Source: Nitrosospira multiformis ATCC 25196 (GTDB lineage Bacteria; Pseudomonadota; Gammaproteobacteria; Burkholderiales; Nitrosomonadaceae). From it: a stretch of DNA of 32,000 nucleotides. The notes below the pieces were generated by a model. That model saw only the letters and a program-made list of their open reading frames with translations, was not told where the DNA came from and ran no database searches. Both the position numbers and the translations under genes were made by a program. Where the stretch lies: positions 2,910,001 to 2,942,000 of the forward strand of contig NC_007614.1 of assembly GCF_000196355.1 (NCBI RefSeq), in the 5' to 3' direction. Within the stretch, counting starts at the first letter, position 1. Every line of letters starts with the position of its first letter. This document shows positions 17,795 to 27,722 of this stretch, piece after piece.

Positions 17795-20467
17795 CTAACG
17801 CACAAATCGAGCCTTTGCCCCTGCGGCCGGCGCGCGCAGCAATGCAGGCAGTATCACCAGTGTACAGATAAGCGTAAAAGCCAGCCCCACGGTAAGCATT
17901 ATTCCCATACTCGCAGTGCCTCTGTGAGACGAGAACATCAGACTTGCGAAATCCACCAGCGCGGTCAGGGCGCTGTAAAAAATCGCCCGCGCAGTGCTGG
18001 TATGGATCAGGATCTCGCTTACCAGTTCATTATTCAGACTGCGATGCACCATATGCAGGCTGCTATCGATCCCCAGGCCAAGCAAAAGCGGGAGAGCAAT
18101 GATATTGGCAAAATTGAACGGAACATCCAGCAGGACTGTGAACGCAGCGGTAAACAGGCTGGACAGCAACAGCGGGAGCAGGACCAGCAGCATGTACTTT
18201 ACACTGCGCAACAACACCAGCAGGGCAACGATAATTCCAACGAGCGCAAGCAAAAACGCCTGCATGAAGGCGTGCACTACCGCCTCGCCCGCTTCAAGGG
18301 TCACCACTGGCGCTCCCGTCACTTCGGGCGCCACTTTCTGCACGCTTCGCACGAAGCGCCGCAATGCATTGTTGTCGTTCAGGTCTTCTGATGGATAAAT
18401 TGCCAAGCGATATTCGCCTGACTGGGCCTGCCAGCGGTTGCTCAACGATGGCGGCAGATCCTGCTCGCCAAACAGGTTGGCTTCCGTCGCCGTACGCAGG
18501 CTCTCCAGCGCCGCAGGCAACGTAACCAGCAGATCTCCCTCCAGGGACCGCAACAAGGCGACCTGGCCGGCAGGACTGGCTGTATCAAGCTGTTCAAACA
18601 GGGAGCTCAGGGATGACCTGAGCTTGCGTGCGGCCGGAACTGCCGCATGCTCCGGGCGTGCGGCAATAAAATTGTCCAGTGCGACGGTCAGTGCGTCGAG
18701 CGCCTCGCGCTGTTGCCGGAGGGAACTCTCCACGCGGCGATCCTGTCCCACCTCCGCGATCGGTCCCACGGTCAACGCCATTTCCTCGATGAGTTGCAGC
18801 TTTTCTTCCTGATTGGCCGGCACGAAGTCGGGGAGACTGACTACCTTCTCCACTTCGGGAAGCTTGCTCAATGCCTGCGTCAGACGGGCCAGTTCCTTCT
18901 TGTCTTCTGCCAGCGCCACGGAATGCCACGGCGAGAGATCGGGCTGCGCAAGGAGTTCACGAAAGGCCTGTATCGCTTTTCCCTTCTGATCCTGCAAATT
19001 CAGGAGATTGTAGTCGAACCGCACCTGAGGCAGCAGAAGAAGCGCGCCAATCGACGCGGCAAGCGTGGCGGCGTAGGTGAGTCTGTGCCACTTCAGGGAT
19101 AATTCCAGCACTCTGCCAACCGACGCTTTCGGGGGGGCACTTGCCTTGGCTTGCTGTCGTTTCGGGAGGTAACGCAGCAGGGCAGGCGCAACCGTAAGAG
19201 TTACCAGAAGACTGATAATCATGCCTGTGCCGGAGATGATGCCCAATTCCGCCACGCCGCTGTAATCTGTAGGAATGAACGCGTAGAAACCGATCGCGTT
19301 TGTGATTGTACAGGCAGTAAGCGCCGCGCCTGCATCCCCGCCTGAAACATGCAGCGCCTCGGTAGACGAGTTGCCGCTTTCCAGAACTTCGCGATAACGC
19401 AGCAGAAAGTGAATGGCGAAGTCGGCCCCCAGACCGATGTACAGCACGGCAAACGCAATGGAGATCAGGTTGACATGACCTACTGCGGCGGTGGCAAATG
19501 CCGCCGTAAGAATCAGGCCCATGGCGAGACACACCAGTACGTTGATGATCAGTCCGGGCGCTCGCATCGCAAAATAAAGAACCACGACAACCAGGATGAA
19601 GGTGATGATTCCTGCGTATTGCATGCCGAGCAGCGAACTGCTCAGTTCGTCATGCGATAACGCCACTTCCCCGGTAATACGCAGGCGGACTGCTCCATCC
19701 TCCGTAATTCCTGCATCGCCCGCCGCGGCGAATAGCGCGTTGATGGCCTGCTCCCCGGGAAACATCTGATCATAATTGAGCTTCGGCTTGGCTATGATCA
19801 ATTCCTGGTATTTGCTTTTTTGCGATTCGCCGCTGAAGAGGGCTTGCCACGACAACGCACGCGGCGCTCCTTCCAGTCTTGCTTTCATCGTGTCACTCAC
19901 TGCCCCCAGCACCGGACTGAGTTCCATGTCGCGGCCCTTCTGCAATTCCTCTATCGCGCCCGTCAGCACATCGGCGAAAGCCGCGAGCGTAGGATTTCCG
20001 GCAATATGGGCCATCAACGGCTGCGCGGCAGCCACACGGTCGGTTATGTGCTGCAGTTCCGCAACGCTTTCATAGAGCAGGCCATTGCGCGTGAAGAAGT
20101 CGCCTGCTGTCGGGGGATAGATATCCTCGAAATTGAGAGTGTCTTTTTTCAGCTGCGCGGCAAGGCGTTCGGTGGCCTGATGGACCTGCTCAGGCGTCGG
20201 CGCTTCCAGCACTACCAGAAGCGTGTCGACATCCTGCGGAAATGTCTTGTTGTAGTGGGTGATGTTGACACGAAACGGCAGATCCCTGGAGAGCATGTCG
20301 GTTGTGTCGGTATTCATGCCGAGATTGCGCGAGACGTAGATGCTGCATCCTGCGGAAATCAGCAGTGCTGTGAAAAGAACCCAGGCGCTATGACGATAGC
20401 AAACAGTGGCCCAAGCTGCAAAAATACGGTAGATGCGGCTTTCCGAGCCGTTGTCTGTTGTGGTCAT
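17795..20467 (-). CDS. hpnN: Hopanoid-associated RND/MMPL-type transporter HpnN
   Basis: 890 aa with two 6-TM bundles, each followed by a large periplasmic domain (RND/MMPL architecture). Located inside the hopanoid locus. Confidence 0.85.
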   Translation of the reverse strand: MTTTDNGSESRIYRIFAAWATVCYRHSAWVLFTALLISAGCSIYVSRNLGMNTDTTDMLSRDLPFRVNITHYNKTFPQDVDTLLVVLEAPTPEQVHQATERLAAQLKKDTLNFEDIYPPTAGDFFTRNGLLYESVAELQHITDRVAAAQPLMAHIAGNPTLAAFADVLTGAIEELQKGRDMELSPVLGAVSDTMKARLEGAPRALSWQALFSGESQKSKYQELIIAKPKLNYDQMFPGEQAINALFAAAGDAGITEDGAVRLRITGEVALSHDELSSSLLGMQYAGIITFILVVVVLYFAMRAPGLIINVLVCLAMGLILTAAFATAAVGHVNLISIAFAVLYIGLGADFAIHFLLRYREVLESGNSSTEALHVSGGDAGAALTACTITNAIGFYAFIPTDYSGVAELGIISGTGMIISLLVTLTVAPALLRYLPKRQQAKASAPPKASVGRVLELSLKWHRLTYAATLAASIGALLLLPQVRFDYNLLNLQDQKGKAIQAFRELLAQPDLSPWHSVALAEDKKELARLTQALSKLPEVEKVVSLPDFVPANQEEKLQLIEEMALTVGPIAEVGQDRRVESSLRQQREALDALTVALDNFIAARPEHAAVPAARKLRSSLSSLFEQLDTASPAGQVALLRSLEGDLLVTLPAALESLRTATEANLFGEQDLPPSLSNRWQAQSGEYRLAIYPSEDLNDNNALRRFVRSVQKVAPEVTGAPVVTLEAGEAVVHAFMQAFLLALVGIIVALLVLLRSVKYMLLVLLPLLLSSLFTAAFTVLLDVPFNFANIIALPLLLGLGIDSSLHMVHRSLNNELVSEILIHTSTARAIFYSALTALVDFASLMFSSHRGTASMGIMLTVGLAFTLICTLVILPALLRAPAAGAKARFVR

Positions 20468-20622
20468 GCTGGGGAAGCAATGTCGGGGAATCGATCCGTG
20501 CTTAGAGGATGGTTTCGGGGGTTAGCAGCGAACGAGGTAAAAAAGAATCCCGGTCGTTGGCGAAACAGAATGCAAAAAGGGAAACCTGAAGTCGGGCTTT
20601 TCCTTGGGTCCATCAAGCTGCC

Positions 20623-20706
20623 GTCATACCCGCGAAAGCGGTTATCCGGTTTTTTCAACGAAATAATATTATAAATCCGGTGGATTTCCGCTTTCACGGA
20701 AATGAC
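20623..20706. repeat. Inverted pair of REP-like palindromic units
   Basis: Unit 1 is gtcatacccgcgaaagcggttatcc (20623-20647). The reverse complement of unit 2 is gtcatttccgtgaaagcggaaatcc (20682-20706). They are separated by an AT-rich 34-bp spacer. Spurious ORFs across it read ...SYPRKRLSG... and MDFRFHGNDD.... Confidence 0.65.
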
Positions 20707-20880
20707 GATCAAGGTTTGGCCGGAAGGTTTCTGCCTCTTATTACAAGCCCCGCCCCTTTTGCCCATGCGGTTCTCTGGATGTCACCGATTTTATTCCGGG
20801 TGAAGCGGGCACGGGCTCGAAGTCCGGCGCGACAAGGGCTGGTGGGAAAAGTTGTTTCAAGATTGTCGTGAGAGCAGTGT

Positions 20881-21510
20881 TCAGTCTTTTCCTGCCTGCT
20901 CGATCTTCTGCTGGAGCATGTCGAGGAGCTTTGGGAAACCGTCGCGCTGAAGAATGGCCCTGTACTCGACCCGTTTCAGTGCCAGATCGCTGACACCGTC
21001 GGCCAGAATATTCACGATACGCCACCCATCCTTTCCTTGCCGCAGCATGTAGTCAAAGCGTACTGGCTCGCCGCCGGATTGAATCAACTTGCTACGTATC
21101 ATTACCTGCTCCCGGGGCATGGATTGACGCTCGAGAGACTCAAACCGCTCGCCGTCATATTCCTTGAACTGACTTGCGTAAGTAGCTATGCTCAGCTTGC
21201 GAAAAGTATCTGTAAAGGTACGCTGCTGCTCAGCGCTCAATTGGGTCCAGTTCGCTCCCAGCGACGTGCGCGCGATAAAATCAAGATCATGCGTCTGATT
21301 GATGACAGGAGCCAGCAATTCATAGCGTCCCTCATAGCCGAGCTTTGCGCCCTCGCGCATCGCCTTGATGAGTGCTTCCTGCAACTGTTTGACGACTTGT
21401 TCCGGCGTTCCCGACTCCTGGGTTTCGCTCCAGGAGGGAGACGCCGCCAGAAGCATCAGGACAATTATTTGAAGTTGCAGCAGTGACTTCAGTGCACTCA
21501 GGATCTTCAT
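20881..21510 (-). CDS. hpnM: MlaC/Ttg2D-family periplasmic lipid-binding protein (HpnM-like)
   Basis: Signal peptide MKILSALKSLLQLQIIVLMLLAASPSWS, then toluene-tolerance (MlaC) family features (DLDFIARTSLGANW..., FRKLSIATYASQF, DGWRIVNILADGVSDLALKRVEY). I chose the ATG at 21510. The ORF-track start at 21564 adds 18 residues. Confidence 0.8.
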   Translation of the reverse strand: MKILSALKSLLQLQIIVLMLLAASPSWSETQESGTPEQVVKQLQEALIKAMREGAKLGYEGRYELLAPVINQTHDLDFIARTSLGANWTQLSAEQQRTFTDTFRKLSIATYASQFKEYDGERFESLERQSMPREQVMIRSKLIQSGGEPVRFDYMLRQGKDGWRIVNILADGVSDLALKRVEYRAILQRDGFPKLLDMLQQKIEQAGKD

Positions 21511-21842
21511 GTTGATAATCTTATAGCAGTTTGTCCATGCACATGACTTGATGAGGCATCTCATCCGGCAATATTCCTTGCGATATTCGGCCAGCTGGGT
21601 TTTGCATCGAGTGGCCGATAGTTTCTATACCCCGGAAATCAGATACCCCCCGCGTGACGCTTCCACGATTACATCCCCCACCCCTTTAGCCTTTTGCCGC
21701 TCACGCCTGCGCACCCGGCAGGACGCCAGGTCCTGCCATTCATCGGACCCCCTCCGGTAAAGTTGTCTCGGGCAAACCAGCATGCATCGATTTTTAGGGC
21801 TGCCGGCTACACGCAGTGTCGCTGTTTCGGCAACGGCCAATG

Positions 21843-22952
21843 CTATCGCTCTACCTTGACCGGAATTCCCGCAAGCGTGGCCGGGGTTTGCAGTTCCTCT
21901 CGCGCCCATTTCGGCGTGGGCTCCGCCACCATCGGTCCGGTTGTTTTTGGTCCCCTGATGGAGGTGAGCAGGGCTTTCAGCGGATGCTGCAGCATATCTT
22001 CCACGGCTGTGGCTTCATAGCCGCAATGCGCCATGCATTGGGCACACTTCGGGTTGCTGCTGTTGCCATATTTATCCCAGGGAGTATCATCCAGCAGCTC
22101 CTGGAAACTGGATGCATACCCTTCATCCGGAAGCAGATAGCAGGGCTTTTGCCAACCGAAAATGTTGCGCGTCGGATTACCCCAGGGCGTGCACTGATAG
22201 TTCTGGTTACCCGCGAGAAAATCGAGATAAAGCGACGAGTGATTGAGCTTCCATTTACGGGTCTTGCCTATCTTGAAAATGCCCCTGAAGAGATTCTTGG
22301 TATCCTTCCCCTTAATGAAGATATCCTGCCTGGGAGCGCGCTCATAACTGAACCCGGGCGCGATCGTCGCACCCTCCACTCCCAGCTCCATCGCATAGTC
22401 GAGGAACTCCGCAACATCTTCCGGTGTTTCGCCCTGGAACAAGGTGCAATTGACGGTAACCCTGAATCCCTTGGCAACCGCCAGTTTTATAGCCTCAACC
22501 GCACGATCGAACACTCCGTCCTGACAGACAGAGGCGTCATGCCTTTCCTTCAGACCATCCAGATGAATGGAAAAGGTCAAATAAGGCGAAGGGGTATAGT
22601 CGTCAATCTTCTTCTTTAACAAAAGCGCATTGGTACACAGATAAACATATTTCCTGCGCGCAATGATGCCTCTGACAATCTCCGGCATTTCCTTATGTAT
22701 CAGTGGCTCCCCACCGGGGATGGAAACCATGGGGGCTCCACACTCATCGACCGCCTGCATGCATTCCTCATACGACATCCGCTTGTCCAGAATGTGGTCG
22801 GGATAATCGATCTTGCCGCAGCCGGCACAGGCCAGATTGCACCGGAACAGGGGCTCCAGCATCAAGACCATAGGATATTTTTTTACTCCTCCCAACTTTT
22901 GCTTGAGCAGATAAGTGCCGACAGCTATCTGTTGACGTAAAGGAACTCCCAT
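21843..22952 (-). CDS. hpnH: Adenosylhopane synthase, radical SAM protein HpnH
   Basis: MGVPLRQQIAVGTYLLKQKLGG..YPMVLMLEPLFRCNLACAGCGKIDYP carries the CxxxCxxC radical-SAM cluster. ATG 22952 is preceded by ggagga plus 7 nt. The ORF-track start at 22967 is a TTG extension. Confidence 0.92.
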   Translation of the reverse strand: MGVPLRQQIAVGTYLLKQKLGGVKKYPMVLMLEPLFRCNLACAGCGKIDYPDHILDKRMSYEECMQAVDECGAPMVSIPGGEPLIHKEMPEIVRGIIARRKYVYLCTNALLLKKKIDDYTPSPYLTFSIHLDGLKERHDASVCQDGVFDRAVEAIKLAVAKGFRVTVNCTLFQGETPEDVAEFLDYAMELGVEGATIAPGFSYERAPRQDIFIKGKDTKNLFRGIFKIGKTRKWKLNHSSLYLDFLAGNQNYQCTPWGNPTRNIFGWQKPCYLLPDEGYASSFQELLDDTPWDKYGNSSNPKCAQCMAHCGYEATAVEDMLQHPLKALLTSIRGPKTTGPMVAEPTPKWAREELQTPATLAGIPVKVER

Positions 22953-23035
22953 GTATAAATCCTCCAAAAAACTTCCGTAAACTTTATTAATGTCAGGTTG
23001 GGGTCACCTGATTTCTTCCTGTTGTTATGCAGGTG

Positions 23036-23055
23036 CTGAAGTTGTCTGAAGTTGC
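23036..23055. repeat. Tandem 10-bp direct repeat ctgaagttgt / ctgaagttgc upstream of hpnH
   Basis: Read directly; 9 of 10 positions identical. It lies 85-105 bp upstream of the hpnH ATG. Confidence 0.7.
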
Positions 23056-23386
23056 ACCGGGACACTTCAATGCTGGTTCGTTTTTGCGAAACCCCGGAAA
23101 AAATAAGCTGGGTTCGCCCTTAGAATAGGGCAATCAGGCGATAAGCCCTGCGAAAACCACCTGCACTTTCGATCCGACAGTTACTTGTCATTCTTCTTGC
23201 CAGGATTGCTGTAACGTTTTGTCCTGTAAGCATGTTAACACGTATATTTTCCAAACTAAACTCACAACTCATCCAGGGTTAAACCGCGCAGAGAACATGA
23301 TCTGGCCCGACAAGGCTGCCCAGCGGGGGCCAAACGGGTTCGTCCGGAGTCGCGGTTCAATGCAATTGACATTTAATCGAAGACGG

Positions 23387-23412
23387 AAAAAAAGGGGCGC
23401 CGAGGCGCCCCT
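23387..23412 (-). terminator. Rho-independent terminator of the porin gene
   Basis: Minus strand reads aggggcgcctcggcgcccct followed by TTTTTTT. The GC-rich stem lies 20 nt after the stop codon. Confidence 0.85.
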
Positions 23413-23432
23413 TTCTTGCTGTTGAACAACAA

Positions 23433-24716
23433 TCAGAAATTGTGGCGAAGACCGATAGTGAAGGTACTCCGGTTGCTGCCGGGAGCCACATAGTTGGGTG
23501 CCGTGTAGCCCACCGTTGCGCCGGGAGCGGGCGCCAGATCATTAACCCCTGACCCTGCCGGATTGTTGTCGGTTACGTACACGTGCTGATAGCCGCCGAA
23601 CAGACTGGTGCGCTTGCTCAGGTTGTGAATCGCACCCACGGTAAAGCTGTCGGCCTTGCGTGAGCCCGCGGCATTCACGCCACCAGCATGGGCCTTGGTC
23701 ATACCGCCCTGCGCCACCAGCGTGGTGCTGCCCAATCTGTATTGGGCGCTGGCAAACCAGAGATTGCCGTCTCCCCCCCAGTTCATGGCGGAGTTGCACT
23801 GGCCGGAAACCAGTCCGGAATCGAGCGGATTCGCGGTCAGGGAAGCGGCAGTGCTACATGTGGCCGCCCCGAGCGCGTTGTTGACATCTTCATACTGCCC
23901 GCTCAGCTTGAAATTTTCCCAGGCCCATGAAGCGCCCACGCGCCATATTTCTTCTGTTCTGAGGCCGATGCTTTTCTGGATGCCATTGGCATTATCCCGC
24001 GAATAGCCGCCGAAGATATCGAGGCCCATGCCCATGAAATCAGCATGGTACTTGGCTGCCGCCTGTCCATCGAATTCACCGTTGCGCCCGCCGGTATTGC
24101 CATTGCTGCCCAGGCCGCCAGGAAGGAAGCCGGAAAGGAGGCTGCCGTCCTGAAGAGGATTGAGAGAATTGGCATCGCCCGGCATCAGGATACCCGAGAA
24201 GGTGAACCCTTCGATGCTTGCGGAGTCATAACGAATGGCGCTGTTGACGAAAGTATTCGCACCGGAACCCATGCCATTCGCCGCACCGGACATGGTACCG
24301 CCGGCGCCATTCGCTTGCAGGGTCGTGTAGGCGAACGGATCGATTGTCATGCCCCCGGCAAAATCCTTGAAGGGGGACTGGAGACGACCGAACCTGATAT
24401 CGCCCCAGTGGCTGTGGGAGAGGCCGACCCACTGCTCGCGAGGCGTGGTGGCGGAACCGGAGCCGGTGTTAAGCCCGAATTCGAGACGGGCATTTGCTTT
24501 CAGGCCATTGCCCAGATCTTCTGTAACCTGCAGACCCCAGCGGGAAGAGCGGGAATTGTCCTGGAGCGCTCCCTGGCTGGGCTGACCAGCGAAATCAACG
24601 AGACTGTATTCAGCTTGTGCCCGACCAAAAAGCGTAACGTTTGTCCCCTGAGCGGATGCAACCACCGGGGCCGCGAGTGCACCGGCGACGGCCAGCGCAA
24701 TCAGTTTCTTTTTCAT
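23433..24716 (-). CDS. General diffusion porin (Gram-negative porin family, betaproteobacterial type)
   Basis: Signal MKKKLIALAVAGALAAPVVASA, then QGTNVTLFGRAQAEYS. The sequence is Gly/Asn-rich with alternating beta-strand pattern and ends TFTIGLRHNF with a terminal Phe. ATG 24716 is preceded by aaggag. Confidence 0.9.
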   Translation of the reverse strand: MKKKLIALAVAGALAAPVVASAQGTNVTLFGRAQAEYSLVDFAGQPSQGALQDNSRSSRWGLQVTEDLGNGLKANARLEFGLNTGSGSATTPREQWVGLSHSHWGDIRFGRLQSPFKDFAGGMTIDPFAYTTLQANGAGGTMSGAANGMGSGANTFVNSAIRYDSASIEGFTFSGILMPGDANSLNPLQDGSLLSGFLPGGLGSNGNTGGRNGEFDGQAAAKYHADFMGMGLDIFGGYSRDNANGIQKSIGLRTEEIWRVGASWAWENFKLSGQYEDVNNALGAATCSTAASLTANPLDSGLVSGQCNSAMNWGGDGNLWFASAQYRLGSTTLVAQGGMTKAHAGGVNAAGSRKADSFTVGAIHNLSKRTSLFGGYQHVYVTDNNPAGSGVNDLAPAPGATVGYTAPNYVAPGSNRSTFTIGLRHNF

Positions 24717-24964
24717 GTGGAAAATCTCCTTTAAAGTTGAAACGGTGGGGCCTCGCACCGACCCTATTTCGGTGGGAGTTTATTCCCGCTGCCTGGACCT
24801 CCCGAAAATGAGAGGGTTGAGAGATTGTGCCTAACGTAACAAAGCCTAGCAAGGAAATAAAGAGAGTTTAGGAGGTGGGCAGGGATATGTGTTGCTTTTT
24901 TGCAACAAAGCAGGGGAACCTTCGGAAGCCTTTGAGTTGAATGCAACCCGGACGGATTGATGAA

Positions 24965-25798
24965 TTACCCGAACAACCTCGCCAGCTCGGTCCCGGGATC
25001 GGGAGCCCGCATGAAGGCTTCGCCCACGAGGAAGATGCCTACCCCGTGCCCGCGCATCAGCGCAACATCGTCAGGTGTGAGTACCCCGCTTTCGGTGATG
25101 GCCATACGGTCTGGGGGAATGCGGTCTAGCAGATGCAGGGTCGTATCCAGGCGGGTTTCAAACGTATGCAGGTTGCGGTTATTGATGCCGATCAGGGGAG
25201 ACGCCAACTCCAGCGCCAGCTCGAGTTCCGCCCCATCATGAACCTCCACCAGAACGGCCATCCCGAGCGCATGAGCCAACGACTCCAGCTTGCGCATTTC
25301 CACTACCGCTTCTTCCTGCTGCCGGTGGCTCCCGGCCGAAATGAAAGGATCGCGGAAGGCGGCGACAATGATGAGGATGCAATCCGCACCCATGAGCCTT
25401 GCCTCGGCGACCTGATATTCGTCCAGCATGAAATCCTTGCGCAGGACCGGCAGGTCGCAGGCGCTTCTGGCCTGCTTCAGATATTCCGCGCTGCCACCGA
25501 AATACTGCTGGTCCGTCAGAACCGACAGACAGGCCGCGCCATGCTGGCCATAGCTCACGGCGATGGCGGCAGGGTCGAACTGCTCACGCAACACGCCCTT
25601 GCTGGGACTGGCCTTCTTTATTTCCGCAATGACGGCCGGTAATCCCAGGGCGAGCTTCTTGCGAAGCGCCCCAATGAAATCCCTTGGCGGCGGTAACGCT
25701 TCCGCCTGGCGGCGAAGCACGGCGAGAGAACCCTGCGCTTTCAATGCCGCAATCTCCTGTCGCTTTGTCGCCACAATCTCCTGAAGAATATTAGCCAT
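24965..25798 (-). CDS. trpC: Indole-3-glycerol phosphate synthase
   Basis: [16 protein letters not shown]...[14 protein letters not shown]...[12 protein letters not shown]...IGINNRNL...SESGV. The ATG at 25798 lies 2 nt after the trpD stop. Confidence 0.95.
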   Translation of the reverse strand: MANILQEIVATKRQEIAALKAQGSLAVLRRQAEALPPPRDFIGALRKKLALGLPAVIAEIKKASPSKGVLREQFDPAAIAVSYGQHGAACLSVLTDQQYFGGSAEYLKQARSACDLPVLRKDFMLDEYQVAEARLMGADCILIIVAAFRDPFISAGSHRQQEEAVVEMRKLESLAHALGMAVLVEVHDGAELELALELASPLIGINNRNLHTFETRLDTTLHLLDRIPPDRMAITESGVLTPDDVALMRGHGVGIFLVGEAFMRAPDPGTELARLFG

Positions 25799-25800
25799 GA

Positions 25801-26853
25801 TCAAACAAGAGAAACCTCACCGCGGTTCTGCCGGTTCGAGAATTCCACCAGCTCCTGCAATTTTTTCCTCGCGGCGCCGCTTTCTATGGCGGCATGCGCT
25901 TTTTTTACACCTTGCGCGAGCGACTCTGCGATACCTGCCACATAAATCGTGGCGCCCGCATTCAGCAATACGATATCCCGCGGCGGCCCCGGCTGATTAT
26001 TCAATATCGCTCTCAGCATCTCCGCAGACTGAGCGGTGTCATGCGCTTGTATGGTTTCAATGCGAGCCGCTTTCATGCCGAAATCTTCCGGCCTGATGGT
26101 ATATTCGAGGATCTGGCCGTGCCTGAGTTCACCCACCAGCGTCTCGCCAGCAATCGTAATCTCATCCAGTCCGCCTTGGTTGCCGGTGCAGCCATGAACC
26201 ACCATGACATGACGGCTGCCCAGGCGATGCAAAACGCGTGTGACGATGCCCACGAGATCGGGATGGAACACGCCCAGCAGTTGATTTTTTGCTCCGGCGG
26301 GATTGGTCAGCGGCCCGAGGATATTAAACAGGGTGCGCACCCCCAGTTCCCGCCGTACCGAGGCGGCATGTTTCATGGCGCTGTGGAAATTGGGCGCGAA
26401 CATGAAACCGAGCCCGATTTCCCTTATGTTCTCCGCTATTTGCGCGGGTGTCTGGTCGAGATTGACACCCAGTGCTTCGAGCACATCGGCACTTCCCGAT
26501 TTGCTGGAAACAGAGCGTCCGCCATGTTTCGCCACGCGTGCGCCGGCAGCCGCAGCGACGAACGCAGCGGTGGTGGAAATGTTGAAAGTATGGGCACTAT
26601 CCCCTCCTGTTCCACATGTATCGACGAGGCGGTCATCCTCCACTTGCACGGGGGCGGCAAATTCGCGCATTACCTGTGCCGCAGCAGCGATCTCGCCCAC
26701 GGTTTCCTTCTTTACACGCAACCCGGTAATAATCGCTGAAATCAGCGTGGGGGAGAGTTCTCCGCGCATGATCTGTCGCATGAGCGACAGCATTTCATCA
26801 TGAAAGATTTCACGGTGCTCGATGAGGCGCGTCAATGCTTCCTGCGGACTCAC
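25801..26853 (-). CDS. trpD: Anthranilate phosphoribosyltransferase
   Basis: 350 aa with [48 protein letters not shown] and [11 protein letters not shown]. Confidence 0.96.
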   Translation of the reverse strand: MSPQEALTRLIEHREIFHDEMLSLMRQIMRGELSPTLISAIITGLRVKKETVGEIAAAAQVMREFAAPVQVEDDRLVDTCGTGGDSAHTFNISTTAAFVAAAAGARVAKHGGRSVSSKSGSADVLEALGVNLDQTPAQIAENIREIGLGFMFAPNFHSAMKHAASVRRELGVRTLFNILGPLTNPAGAKNQLLGVFHPDLVGIVTRVLHRLGSRHVMVVHGCTGNQGGLDEITIAGETLVGELRHGQILEYTIRPEDFGMKAARIETIQAHDTAQSAEMLRAILNNQPGPPRDIVLLNAGATIYVAGIAESLAQGVKKAHAAIESGAARKKLQELVEFSNRQNRGEVSLV

Positions 26854-26925
26854 AGTGGCCTGCTACTGAATGATGCCGCCCCATCAATCCTTTCAACCCT
26901 TTGGCTGGGATTCATGCCACTTCCC

Positions 26926-27495
26926 TCAGTTTTCACTGTTCAGAAAATTCCCGAGCAATGTGTGCCCATGCTCGGTCAGGATGGATTCCGGATGAAACTG
27001 CACACCTTCGATGGGCAGGGTCTTGTGACGCACACCCATGATTTCTCCATCTTCGGTCCAGGCGGTCATTTCCAGGCAGTCGGGCAGAGTTTCCCGTTCA
27101 ATGACAAGAGAGTGGTAACGGATTGCGGTGAACGGGTTGGGCAAACCACGAAACACTCCCGCCCCATCATGAAAGATAAGCGAGGTCTTGCCGTGCATCG
27201 GTCGTGCCGAATGAATTATTTTTCCGCCGAAGGCCTGCCCTATGCTCTGATGACCGAGACAGACACCCAGCAGGGGGATCTGCTCATTGTAGCGCTCGAT
27301 CAGGGATATGGAGATTCCAGCCTTGCTCGGCGTGCACGGGCCTGGGGAGATCACGATGCGCTCAGGCTTTAACTGTGCAACTTCTTGAGGGGTGATTTCA
27401 TCATTGCGAAACACTTTCACTTCCTCGCCCAGTTCACCAAAATACTGGACCAGGTTATAAGTAAAGGAATCGTAATTATCGATCATCAACAGCAT
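26926..27495 (-). CDS. trpG: Anthranilate synthase component II / aminodeoxychorismate synthase glutamine amidotransferase
   Basis: 189 aa. [19 protein letters not shown], catalytic GVCLGHQ and the FHPES triad region. Confidence 0.93.
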   Translation of the reverse strand: MLLMIDNYDSFTYNLVQYFGELGEEVKVFRNDEITPQEVAQLKPERIVISPGPCTPSKAGISISLIERYNEQIPLLGVCLGHQSIGQAFGGKIIHSARPMHGKTSLIFHDGAGVFRGLPNPFTAIRYHSLVIERETLPDCLEMTAWTEDGEIMGVRHKTLPIEGVQFHPESILTEHGHTLLGNFLNSEN

Positions 27496-27648
27496 AGTAA
27501 GAAATCCACCCGATGAAGTCTACCCCTGAAGGATGCAACCAGGATAGCAAAGAGACCGGTATTATCTCTTCTCCAAATCCGACGGGCAAGACCAACGGAA
27601 AGGTTTGATACGCCGGCTCCTTCAAGCAAAGAGCCGAACGTCCGGAGA

Positions 27649-27678
27649 CGAAAAGAGGCGAAAAGAAACGGAAAGAAA
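27649..27678. repeat. Three phased 10-bp purine-rich repeats (cgaaaagagg / cgaaaagaaa / cggaaagaaa)
   Basis: Read directly. Helical-phase A-tracts lie 155-185 bp upstream of trpG, downstream of the stop of the gene at 27750. Confidence 0.75.
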
Positions 27679-27704
27679 TTCTGTGCTGTCAGGAGCGATG
27701 CGGT

Positions 27705-27722
27705 CAGCGATGAGGATCGCTG
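27705..27722 (-). terminator. Hairpin after the RHH-like gene (possible terminator with a distal U-rich tract)
   Basis: cagcgat-gagg-atcgctg is a 7-bp stem. A further atcgctg copy allows alternative pairing. The pyrimidine-rich run on the minus strand begins about 25 nt further on. Confidence 0.3.

Noticed and set aside
20464-20871. ORFs of 100 aa (minus strand) and 63 aa (plus strand) in the hpnN-hpnM gap
   Set aside because: They read straight through the REP-like palindromes (MDFRFHGNDD..., ...YPRKRLSG...), which is a known annotation artefact of such repeats.
23219-23425. 68-aa plus-strand ORF upstream of hpnH that ends inside the porin terminator
   Set aside because: No SD and an atypical composition. 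Its 3' end is the terminator hairpin itself, so it is most likely non-coding.
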